A DNA stretch of 64,000 bases, taken from the NCBI GenBank assembly GCA_965219455.1, contig OZ244744.1:2080001-2144000 (forward strand), given 5' to 3'. Positions 18,701-26,280 of this stretch are shown one piece after another. The notes beneath the pieces were generated by a model, which saw only the letters and a list, made by a program, of their open reading frames with translations, was not told the DNA's origin and ran no database searches. The translations under genes and the position numbers were made by a program. The stretch's first letter is position 1. Each line of letters starts with the position of its first letter. Source of the DNA: Candidatus Latescibacterota bacterium. Its GTDB lineage: Bacteria; Latescibacterota; UBA2968; GCA-2709665.

Positions 18701-19432
18701 GAAACCCCACACGCTGCCATAATTGTCGGGATCGGACTTGACATGGTCGTACATCCGGTAGACCAGTCGTTTGTAAATCTCCGCGTACACGTTGTTTCCG
18801 GTGAGCCCGTAGTGCAGGCCCCGCTGCCCGATGCGGCCCCACAACCCGGTATGGCAGCCTCGTTTGAGGTCTTCTTCGGCTTCCGCCATCTCGGCCTCGA
18901 GGTCCGGTTCTTCGGGGATGCCTGCGTCGTGACGGGCATCCGGACCCCACTTTACATCGAACATGGGACCGAGAGTGAGCGTCGATTCCCCCTTGAGGCG
19001 CTCAAGTAAGAGACCTGTGGCGGTTTCGACTCCTGATATATCGCTGCCGAAAAGGCCAACGGCGTTTTTGCCGTTGCCCCAGGGATCGTGGATGGTGTGC
19101 AGAAGATGTCCGCCGTTTCCGGGGTAGTGGTCGTCGGCGGGGGTGTAGCTGTAGCCGTAAAGCCGGAATATCGCCCGGCTGGTGTTCAGGTTGCCCAGAA
19201 GGATGAGGTGCCTCCGGGGTGTCCTGGCGACCGCGGCGTGGTCGAGGATGGGAAGGTCGGCGCCGGAAAGGTCGTGGATTTTTTTCTGGACAGACTCGGC
19301 AAGGGCGGCGTACCGGTCATCCGACGGACGCACAATGGCGGCCATGGGGCGCCCGTCTTCCACCAGGTTGGTGTCCGGGTACCGCGGTTTGGGCTTCGTC
19401 AGATTCTTGAGGGACATCCTTCGCGACGGCAT
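15746..19432 (-). CDS. Multidomain protein: GH20b-like N-domain + heparinase II/III-like core + C-terminal FG-GAP/VCBS-type beta-propeller
   Basis: LVEDGRPMAAIV..LSGADLPI..HLILLGN; HNH; GGHKHYDGNSI..FHNGVLI; eight DxDGDG-like Ca-binding repeats in the last ~350 aa. Start uncertain (19417-19450). Confidence 0.8.
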   Translation of the reverse strand: MPSRRMSLKNLTKPKPRYPDTNLVEDGRPMAAIVRPSDDRYAALAESVQKKIHDLSGADLPILDHAAVARTPRRHLILLGNLNTSRAIFRLYGYSYTPADDHYPGNGGHLLHTIHDPWGNGKNAVGLFGSDISGVETATGLLLERLKGESTLTLGPMFDVKWGPDARHDAGIPEEPDLEAEMAEAEEDLKRGCHTGLWGRIGQRGLHYGLTGNNVYAEIYKRLVYRMYDHVKSDPDNYGSVWGFDADFALQYVMPGWDLVEESPVISAEDRLRITRILFEFITDCVSRVGNVDNEHVRHNHATYAALGLHYAGVYFKKYYKAAQAYKWLALAEKCFRVQVNAFKPLEDCGHYQWRTHFHAMRYTLSSGDMTFFDTGNAQRAGDYAILTTDNLGCAVPNGDTASPFGTWTEVPYLRAMVCVTGDGRYQWMLDKKKAMAANAHPYEHSRDVDAVEPADMEGAQVFPVDSLYYASNSGGDHLPLNKTFDKVVFRDGFDPQNQYLFLDGLSNGGHKHYDGNSICRLTQNNRIWLADCDYIKSLPKFHNGVLIFRNGQSAEIPPFAELEQFSANVNSGFSQTTLRSYSGVDWRRNILWSRGAYFLVIDEMEAQDEADYSLRAVWHTLGNVQPRHGGLAVEQNGEQFFIHGLTGPRIKLEDDPETGKNWDRYTHAEPIVRVLQQIVDVHLKKGEAYRFFNLLYCSPLKFRMTQVAETAVRIDGGPETAFAGVGETHRATALPSGPSVAAAQFQISPRTIAVVDGTEVSWEGVTFKSDRPVSFEYDLSAARGTLVTSGPTTITLSSGGRTEVELDGRPIAADVSNGAVTFRATGGRHDVALIPPALTGLRRAAAKKTRPHITPRFPTSRRRRRIPDLPALWSHREDSALLSVQAADLDGDGKDEVIAGGRTRSVHAYKEGHSLWRYPTGGVVRSVWTADLENDGLPEIIAGSEDTRVYVLDARGELKWDVKIPFYFQDPVVRSVFTGDINGDGNLEIIAAVESWRYHAFTHEGEELWRQMTVRPSSTGCAADLDGDGRDEVIAGTDYHRWHCIDGNGEIRWSYHPATGPRANSAAAGDVDGDGLKEVVFAGADTHVHLLNADGTLISQFNTGDEVTQVLMADMDGDGLDEIVASSMSFNVYVVKGDGRTLHWRADLGEVVRCIAAADFNGDGRLEVAAGVEDGTVRLLANADGRQIGRFQTGGPILDIVPADVDGDGIPEIAVCSEDGGLHVLKA

Positions 19433-19474
19433 GGCGGGCTCCGGGGGCAAAAGTCGAACCGGGCAAGTTTCTCT

Positions 19475-20257
19475 CTACTGTTGCCCGATGAGTTGCTTCA
19501 GGAATGCGATTTCGTGTTCCGCGGTCTCGTAAGGCGGATGATGGCTGCCGTGTTCGATCGAAATATATCCGTCAAAGCCCTTGGATTGCAGGACACGGAT
19601 GAACGCCGGAAAATCCACGTCGCCGGAGTCGAGAAACGTGAGCTGCGGCCAGTTTCCCACCCAGTTGTGGGCGTGCAGATGGACAACGTGTTCCCCGAGT
19701 TGCTCGGCAGTATGGAAGACGGATTCGCCGATGAGAGGAGTCTGGAGATTTACAGTGAGGTTCTGCATACCCACGTCTTCAAGCAGTCTCAGAGTGCTCG
19801 GACTGGTGTCCGTGAGGTTGGGCCCATGGTGGATAACCTGGTGGGTTTCCAATGGGAAGACGATGTTGTGGACGGCGCCCATTTCGCAGATTTTCCGCAA
19901 GCCCCTGACACAGGCGTCCCATTGCCGGGCGGTCGCGTCCGCGCTCCCCACGTTGCCGGTGTAGGTTCGTACAAAGGGACAGTCGAGTTCGACCGCGTAA
20001 CCGATGAAGGTCTCGGCATCCCGGATGCTCTGATCCCAGGTTGCCTGGCTGGTGGTGAAGTCGAAGTAGGGGCAGATCTGCACGATCCGGAGGTCGTGTT
20101 CGGCCGTAACTGAACGGACCCATCCCAGATCCGCGTGGCAGAGGTACTGTTGCCAGAGTTCGATGCCGTCATAACCCAGTTCGGCGAGGTAGGGTATGGC
20201 CTTTTCCTGATCGGCCTGTGTATTGCCGAAAGCGTTTGTGCAGAATGAGGACTTCAT
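19475..20257 (-). CDS. Sugar phosphate isomerase/epimerase (xylose isomerase-like TIM barrel)
   Basis: LGYDGIELW, LETH, HLHAHN, GDVDF, GFDGYISIEH; start refined to ATG 20257. Confidence 0.85.
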   Translation of the reverse strand: MKSSFCTNAFGNTQADQEKAIPYLAELGYDGIELWQQYLCHADLGWVRSVTAEHDLRIVQICPYFDFTTSQATWDQSIRDAETFIGYAVELDCPFVRTYTGNVGSADATARQWDACVRGLRKICEMGAVHNIVFPLETHQVIHHGPNLTDTSPSTLRLLEDVGMQNLTVNLQTPLIGESVFHTAEQLGEHVVHLHAHNWVGNWPQLTFLDSGDVDFPAFIRVLQSKGFDGYISIEHGSHHPPYETAEHEIAFLKQLIGQQ

Positions 20258-20404
20258 GGCAATGAAAAGACCGAGAGTAAAACGCACCTGTCGTCGTATC
20301 GAGAAATATTCTGCCATCGGTTCAACAAATGCGTAAAATAGAAGCACTACAGGCAATGTCAAACGCAATTTGGATCGCGTTCATTCGAATTAAGGGAGGA
20401 ATCT

Positions 20405-21988
20405 ATGTCCGGACCCTTTGACTACGGGATCATCTACAACTGGGACGGGGCGCCGCACGGCTATACCGAGGTGCCGCAGTCGATGGAGGCGTTCCTGGAA
20501 AAAACTTACGCGCCCCTTGAGGAGACGCAGGTGGGGGCGCTGTTCTGGTGCATCGGCGAACACGCTGCTCGCTGGCCGGATTCCGCGCTGGAAATGTTGG
20601 GCGACGTTCATGAGAGAAGGTATGAGAACGTCTCGGCCTATACCCACACCGAAAACATCCGCCGGATGCTCGAGCGGGGGGAGGATCCGCAGGCCTCGCT
20701 GATCGAACGCGGCCGCGCCCTGGGCATGGACGTCTACGCATCCGTACGCATGAACGATAACCACTTCGACGGGGCGCAGGTGGAAGACCTGCCCGCGCTC
20801 CACCACACCGAGTTGACGCGGATGCGCCGGGAACATCCGGAGTGGGTACTCGGCGATCGGACGTCGGAGTGGTTCGCGCTTTCGTGGAATATGGCTGTGC
20901 CGGAAGTCCGAGAGCACCGGTATACCCATATCGAGGAGATCGTTACGAGGTACGACTGGGACGGCGTGGAACTGGACTGGCAGCGGCATGCGTTTCACCT
21001 TCCCGAGGACGAGGCCTACCGGCTGCGTTACGTGCTTACCGACCTCCAGCGACGGGTCCGGCAACTCACGGACGACCTGGCAAAGCGGCGCGGCCGGCCG
21101 TTCTATCTGGCGGCGCGCGTGGCGGGTTCACAGGAGATGTGCCGCCGCATCGGCTACGATATTCCGGTGTGGATCGAGGAGGGGCTGGTGGACATCCTGA
21201 TTCTGGGAGGCGGCGCGGTAACCGACGCGTCTCCGGAGGTGGCCGCGTTTGTGGAGATGTGCCGGGACAGGGGGATCGCCGTCTATCCCGGATTCGACAG
21301 CGGGTTGCCCGACCCGTTCGTGGGCCCGGAAGAACTTGACGCCAAGGACAGAATGCGCACCCGTGCGATTGCCTCCCGCCACCATCGCGCCGGCGCCGAC
21401 GGCATCTATGTGTTCAACTGGCACGCCAACCGGGACTCGAAGCGGGAGTTGCTCTCGCAGATCGGCTCGGTCCGGACGCTGCGCCGCACCGACAAGATCT
21501 ACGCCGCCACACACCGGTTCATCCAGAAAAGGGGACCATGGCGCGGCGCCTACCGGATCGACCGGATCCTGGGCGAGGTGCCGGTGGCCCTCAAGAAAAC
21601 CATGGCGGGCGAGATGCCGGTCATCACCCTGGACATTGCCGAGGACGTCGAGAAAGATAGTCCGTCGCACCTGGAACTCCGTGTCCGCCTCGACCAGTGG
21701 GTGGTTGGCGATCGGGTTCGGGTATGCTGGGACGGGCAAGAACTGAAGGACCCACAAATACGCTACTGCGTTATGGACAACACCAATCCTCCGGGCGGCG
21801 CCTTCCAGCCTCCACCGGGCATTCGCCGCATTTCCGACGTGAGCCGGGCGGCCTGGCTTTGCTTCCCGCTTCGCCCCTCGGAAATCGCCCGGGGGAAGCA
21901 TGCCGTTGGGGTGGGACTGATTGAACGCCACCCCCAGTTGGCATGCGACCTCATCCTTACGGACGTGGAAGTGGTCGTTCGGTACTGA
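20405..21988 (+). CDS. GHL10/DUF187-like glycoside hydrolase-like TIM-barrel protein (paralog 1)
   Basis: IIYNWDG, ASVRMNDNH, AVPEVR, YDWDGVELDWQRH, GLVDIL, GADGIYVFN; RBS AGGGAGG. Confidence 0.78.
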   Translation: MSGPFDYGIIYNWDGAPHGYTEVPQSMEAFLEKTYAPLEETQVGALFWCIGEHAARWPDSALEMLGDVHERRYENVSAYTHTENIRRMLERGEDPQASLIERGRALGMDVYASVRMNDNHFDGAQVEDLPALHHTELTRMRREHPEWVLGDRTSEWFALSWNMAVPEVREHRYTHIEEIVTRYDWDGVELDWQRHAFHLPEDEAYRLRYVLTDLQRRVRQLTDDLAKRRGRPFYLAARVAGSQEMCRRIGYDIPVWIEEGLVDILILGGGAVTDASPEVAAFVEMCRDRGIAVYPGFDSGLPDPFVGPEELDAKDRMRTRAIASRHHRAGADGIYVFNWHANRDSKRELLSQIGSVRTLRRTDKIYAATHRFIQKRGPWRGAYRIDRILGEVPVALKKTMAGEMPVITLDIAEDVEKDSPSHLELRVRLDQWVVGDRVRVCWDGQELKDPQIRYCVMDNTNPPGGAFQPPPGIRRISDVSRAAWLCFPLRPSEIARGKHAVGVGLIERHPQLACDLILTDVEVVVRY

Positions 21989-22043
21989 CGCGAGATAATA
22001 ACGTCGAACATGGGCACGATAGTCCAAACTGATAGGAGATGCC

Positions 22044-22628
22044 ATGGCCACTATCGATCAATTGCAAGAGCGAGTTCGCGCTGAACTGCCGGAAGCCGGG
22101 GAAATCGCCGATGCTGCGCTGCGGGAGAAGGTCATCGAGGCGTGGGCGACCGCGCTGGCGGACAGCAGCTTCGAGTCGATTGCGGAGATCCGGCCATCCG
22201 GAAATCCCGATACGCCGCCACTGAAGAAGGGGACGCAGACCGACCACATCCGCGGGGTGACCCGCCTGGCGATACGGATGGCCGACGAACTCGCGGCGAT
22301 GTTTCCTGATCTGAAAGTAAACCGGGATATCCTCATCGCGGGCGCCATTTGCCACGACGTGGGCAAACCCTGGGAATTCGACCCGGAAAACCAGGCGCGC
22401 TGGAAACGTGCGCCGGGTGCGGCAGGGTGGCCTTCCATCAGGCATCCGGCCTACGGGGTACACGTGTGTCTGAGCGTGGGATTGCCCGAAGAAGTGGCGC
22501 ATATTGCAGGCGGACATTCGGGGGAAGGAGAACTGGTGGTTCGCAGCCTCGAAAACACCATCGTGAACGCCGCAGATTACGCCTTCTGGCGGGTGCTGCG
22601 GGCCGGGGGGCTGCTGGCGGAGGACTGA
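22044..22628 (+). CDS. HD-domain metal-dependent phosphohydrolase
   Basis: DHIRGV, AICHDVGK, RHPAYG, HIAGGHS, AADY; RBS AGGAG. Confidence 0.88.
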   Translation: MATIDQLQERVRAELPEAGEIADAALREKVIEAWATALADSSFESIAEIRPSGNPDTPPLKKGTQTDHIRGVTRLAIRMADELAAMFPDLKVNRDILIAGAICHDVGKPWEFDPENQARWKRAPGAAGWPSIRHPAYGVHVCLSVGLPEEVAHIAGGHSGEGELVVRSLENTIVNAADYAFWRVLRAGGLLAED

Positions 22629-22700
22629 CAGCCCGTCGAAAAAGTCCATCCGGGCTGCGGCCGGCTCGTGTCGCCGAATTACTGCGTTGCGCTCTCTCTT
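22629..22700 (+). mobile_element. Truncated copy of the CAGCCCGTYGAAAAAGT MITE
   Basis: CAGCCCGTCGAAAAAGTCCATCC..GCCGAATTACTGCGTTGCGCTC matches 48828-48896 and starts at the base after the HD gene stop codon. Confidence 0.75.
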
Positions 22701-22723
22701 TCAAGTCTTCGCAGGGAATCGGA

Positions 22724-24190
22724 TCAGTCCCCGGGGGATGTTGGATACGTGCCGTAACCGACAAGGATTTCCACGTCTTCGACCACGATCCCACCTTCGA
22801 AGCCGGGAGGCCTTTTTTGCAGGGATATTTCAAGCACATTGCGACCCTTCCGCGGGCGTACTCGTTCCATTTCGAATTCCAGCAGTTGCCCCGCGTACGG
22901 ATCCCGGGATCGGATCGGAGCGCGGCGACAGGACCCGGTGTCCAGCCGGGTGCAGTTCAGGCGGACCTCGAGCCTGTCGGCCGAAACCAGATTGGTCACG
23001 CCGATCCGGAGGCGGATGCTGCGAATGCGCTCATTATCAGGGTCGTCGGCGATGGAGAAAGGGATCTGACGAAATTTTTCCGGGTCCGGTGAGGGGATCT
23101 CGAGGGGCAGCGAGGCGCCGTAGTCGTATTCCGATGCTTCGTCACAGCGGCGGCGCAGGAAGTAATGTTTGTCGGCTTCCCGCACCTGGTTGGAATCGCC
23201 AAGCTGCGTGAGGAGACTGCGCCCGGATTCATCCAGCGGCCAGGGAAGAAACCAGGTGTAGAGGCCGTCGACGCCGAGTTCCCAATAATTCGCGGCGGCC
23301 GCCCGCATCATGGCGGGGGTCGCGTTGTCGGCAGTTCGAAACCGCCGGCTTTCGTCGCTCCCATAGGGTTGAAGCATACCGTAAACCGAGACATCGTGGT
23401 CGTGGGCGGCCTGGACGATCCAGTCGATGGGCATGTTGGCGTCCAGGACGAAGTCAATGTAGAGCATGGGAACGACGAAGTCGACCAGCCCCTCCCGGAG
23501 CCAGGTTTGCACGTCCAGTCCGGTCTTGAGGTTCAGTTCTTCGGTGGGGTAGACGCGGGCGCCGATCTGGGCGCGGCCGCCCGGGCGGCCGCGGACCACT
23601 TCACTCGTTCTGCGAACGAAGTCGGTCATCACCGGCGTGCATTCGGACACGTCCTCCGTCTTCAACCAGAAGGGACTTCCGCCGGGGGCCGCGGAGAAGT
23701 CCAGTTCCACCCCTTCGACGGCGTATTCTGTGGCGAGTTCTTTCAGCACGGCGAATTGGTGGTCGCGCACTTCCGGGTGGGAAAAACCCCGCCCTCCGGT
23801 GTCGAGCGCGTGCTCCCGGGCCATGCCCCCATAGCCGCCCATGCGCAGGCTCGCGATGAAGTCCATGCCCTTTTCGTGGGCGCGGTCGACCAGGACGGCG
23901 AGAGGGTCGAGGCCGCGGGCGATGAGACCTTGCATATTCTCCCAGGCGCGCCACTCATGGACATGTTGGAATGGACGCCGATCGTCACCGAACATCAGGC
24001 CGATCCTGGAGGGATAAAAGAGACCGTCCGCACGGGAGACGCCGTAGACGAATGTGTCCACGGCCGTGCCGGCGACTTCGTCGATAGGCACATGTGCGTC
24101 TTCCAGACGCATCGGCGGTTCAAAGACGAAGAGGTAGTAGTGGCGGGCGTCGTTGAAGTAGATGGTGCGGCGCTTTCTCATCACTGGCAC
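22724..24190 (-). CDS. GHL10-like protein (paralog 2)
   Basis: IYFNDARH, ASLRM, HPEVR, YAVEGVELDF, GLVDFV, GVDGLYTW. Confidence 0.78.
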   Translation of the reverse strand: MPVMRKRRTIYFNDARHYYLFVFEPPMRLEDAHVPIDEVAGTAVDTFVYGVSRADGLFYPSRIGLMFGDDRRPFQHVHEWRAWENMQGLIARGLDPLAVLVDRAHEKGMDFIASLRMGGYGGMAREHALDTGGRGFSHPEVRDHQFAVLKELATEYAVEGVELDFSAAPGGSPFWLKTEDVSECTPVMTDFVRRTSEVVRGRPGGRAQIGARVYPTEELNLKTGLDVQTWLREGLVDFVVPMLYIDFVLDANMPIDWIVQAAHDHDVSVYGMLQPYGSDESRRFRTADNATPAMMRAAAANYWELGVDGLYTWFLPWPLDESGRSLLTQLGDSNQVREADKHYFLRRRCDEASEYDYGASLPLEIPSPDPEKFRQIPFSIADDPDNERIRSIRLRIGVTNLVSADRLEVRLNCTRLDTGSCRRAPIRSRDPYAGQLLEFEMERVRPRKGRNVLEISLQKRPPGFEGGIVVEDVEILVGYGTYPTSPGD

Positions 24191-24246
24191 TTCCTGTAAG
24201 ACCCGGTGGTGTCTATCCGGGTGGGAAAGGGTGTAATCCGGTCCGG

Positions 24247-25830
24247 TTACTCCCCCGAAGGTTCGGACGGGCCCAGATCCGGATCATCGATCCGGTGGAA
24301 GCTCCTGCCCATGAGGTACTTGATCTCGAGTTCCACGTCGCGGATATAGATTTGCGCCGTAACGTCAGGGTCCCGTTCGAGCAGGCTGACTTCAAGGGCA
24401 TTGAGACCTTCCCTGGGCCAGAGGGCACGGTCCGGCCGGAAGACGAACCAGTAGCCGGAGCCGGTCCGGTAGCGCGGGGCGCTCATCCGGTACATCTCGT
24501 TGATCCTGCGCAGTTGTCCGTCCGGAAGGTCTTTGCCGTTGAGACTGAAGCGGAACCGGTCGCGTTCCGTGGTGTTCATGATCCTTACGCGCAGAACCAC
24601 GTCGTACACCCGTCCGTTCTCGTGCCAGCGGGGGAGGTCGTCGCTGATCCTGAATGCCACGCGTGTCGGTTCGCCCACGGTCAGCGCAGCGGGCAGGCGC
24701 ATGGCAACGCCGGATTCGGTAACGGGTCTGGGGTACCGGTCGGTCTCGGTAGGAACATAGTAGTGCTTGTCCCTCGGGGCCATAACGTCCGGGTGCGGAA
24801 GTTCCCGCAGCTTCTCGTAGAAGGATGCCTGGTAGGGCCAGTTGCCGAACCAGTGGGCCAGGTAGAGGCCGTCGACTCCATGGGTCCAGTAGTTGCACGC
24901 TGCCGCCCGGATCATTTCGATGGTGGCTTCGGCCAGTCGGTCGGAATCCACGTGGCTGTGCAGAGCGGCGTGGACCCTGCAGCCGGTGCCTCTGGCCGCT
25001 TCGACGAGTGGGCGGAAGTCGACGGTCGAGTCGAGAAGCTCCGGGGTGGAGAATGTCTGTCCGATGAGTACGTCCACGATTCCCCGCCGGAGCCATTCCC
25101 GCACGTCCATGCCCACCTCCAGACAACCCTCGATGCTGGCCGGAATGCGTACGGCAAGTTCGCGTTCGCGGCCGCTGTTCTTCACGGCACGGTGGACCCG
25201 GCCGATCCATTCGGTCAGGATCTCGCAGCCTTCTTCGACCGCATCCGGGTGGAAATAATACGGCGTGTAGTTGAGTTGCAGTTCGAAGCCGTCGACGGGG
25301 TAGACGCTCAGGGCTTCCTCGATAACGGCGAACCGTTCGTCTCGTACCTCCCGGTGACTGAAGTCAAGGCAGGTGAGGCCGGGAAAATCAGCCTCGAGGT
25401 CTCCACGGGCGCCGATTTCGAGGTGTGCGTTTTCAAACCGGAAATCGGAGCACCGGACATCCTCGTCGGGGTCCCCGCGCCCCTGCTGAACCAGAAGGGT
25501 GGGGTAGACGAGCAAGCCCTTGTCGCGAGCCCGGTCGCAGATAAGGCGCAGAGGATCGTGGCCTTCCCGGATGAGACGCATCGCGTTGCGGCTGGCTCTG
25601 TCGAAAATGAGGTGGGACCATTTTTTCACGTTGTGGCCCCAGATTTCGCCGACTTTCGTGTCGTGGAGGAAAGTGCGGCCGTCACCCAGACAGAACATGA
25701 TTGCCTCCACGGGAGTGCCCGCCAGTTCGTCCACGCCGGCTTCGAATTCCTCCTTCTGAATGGGGGGCTCGTACATATAAATCAGGGGATGACGGCCATC
25801 GTGGTAAAACATCATGCGTGGTTTTGGCAT
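24247..25830 (-). CDS. GHL10-like protein (paralog 3)
   Basis: FYHDGRH, HREVR, YPVDGFELQL, GIVDVL, GVDGLYL; RBS GAGGA. Confidence 0.78.
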   Translation of the reverse strand: MPKPRMMFYHDGRHPLIYMYEPPIQKEEFEAGVDELAGTPVEAIMFCLGDGRTFLHDTKVGEIWGHNVKKWSHLIFDRASRNAMRLIREGHDPLRLICDRARDKGLLVYPTLLVQQGRGDPDEDVRCSDFRFENAHLEIGARGDLEADFPGLTCLDFSHREVRDERFAVIEEALSVYPVDGFELQLNYTPYYFHPDAVEEGCEILTEWIGRVHRAVKNSGRERELAVRIPASIEGCLEVGMDVREWLRRGIVDVLIGQTFSTPELLDSTVDFRPLVEAARGTGCRVHAALHSHVDSDRLAEATIEMIRAAACNYWTHGVDGLYLAHWFGNWPYQASFYEKLRELPHPDVMAPRDKHYYVPTETDRYPRPVTESGVAMRLPAALTVGEPTRVAFRISDDLPRWHENGRVYDVVLRVRIMNTTERDRFRFSLNGKDLPDGQLRRINEMYRMSAPRYRTGSGYWFVFRPDRALWPREGLNALEVSLLERDPDVTAQIYIRDVELEIKYLMGRSFHRIDDPDLGPSEPSGE

Positions 25831-25901
25831 CTGGCGTTCCTCAAATGTGTTCTGTCCCGGAGTTGGTTTGCCGAGTTTCGGCCGACCGGGAGCAGCGAAA
25901 A

Positions 25902-26054
25902 CAGCTCTCAGCTATCAGAAAAAGCAGCTGTAAGCTATCAGCCATTAGCCGTCAGCTTGAATCAAAACCCAATCATCTCACGTCGGCGCGGTGACCTCTA
26001 CCCCCGGCCCCCTCAGGCGGAGCCATCAGCTATAAGCCGTAAGCTGTCAGCTAA
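25902..26054. repeat. Degenerate heptamer tandem repeats (nAGCYRT)
   Basis: CAGCTCT CAGCTAT; CAGCTGT AAGCTAT CAGCCAT TAGCCGT CAGC; GAGCCAT CAGCTAT AAGCCGT AAGCTGT CAGCTAA. Confidence 0.7.
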
Positions 26055-26128
26055 AACCGGTTAGCGATAGGGCCAGGCGATATCAATTCGCCGATGCCAA
26101 CGCCATCACGTGGGCAACGACGTCGCGG

Positions 26129-26169
26129 GACCTCTCCCCCCGGCCCCCTCTCCTAAAGGAAAGGGGGAG
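26129..26169. repeat. REP-like palindrome, same family as 13830-13871
   Basis: GACCTCTCCCCCCGGCCCCCTCTCCTAAAGGAAAGGGGGAG. Confidence 0.72.
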
Positions 26170-26280
26170 GGTGTCGCGCCTCCTCGCGCATTTGGCCGTT
26201 GACGCGTCCGGTTGTGGTGTGGGGGGTTTTTCCGTGTCATTCCGTCCATCGCCGTGAGCTCGACAGTCTTGGCAGGCTAG

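Noticed and set aside
14975-19009. Long + strand ORFs 14975..16825 (616 aa) and 16874..19009 (711 aa)
   Set aside because: Antisense shadows of the real minus-strand genes, expected with GC-rich codon bias; no family motifs.
24295-26064. 589-aa + strand ORF
   Set aside because: Antisense to the GHL10-like gene and runs into repeats.
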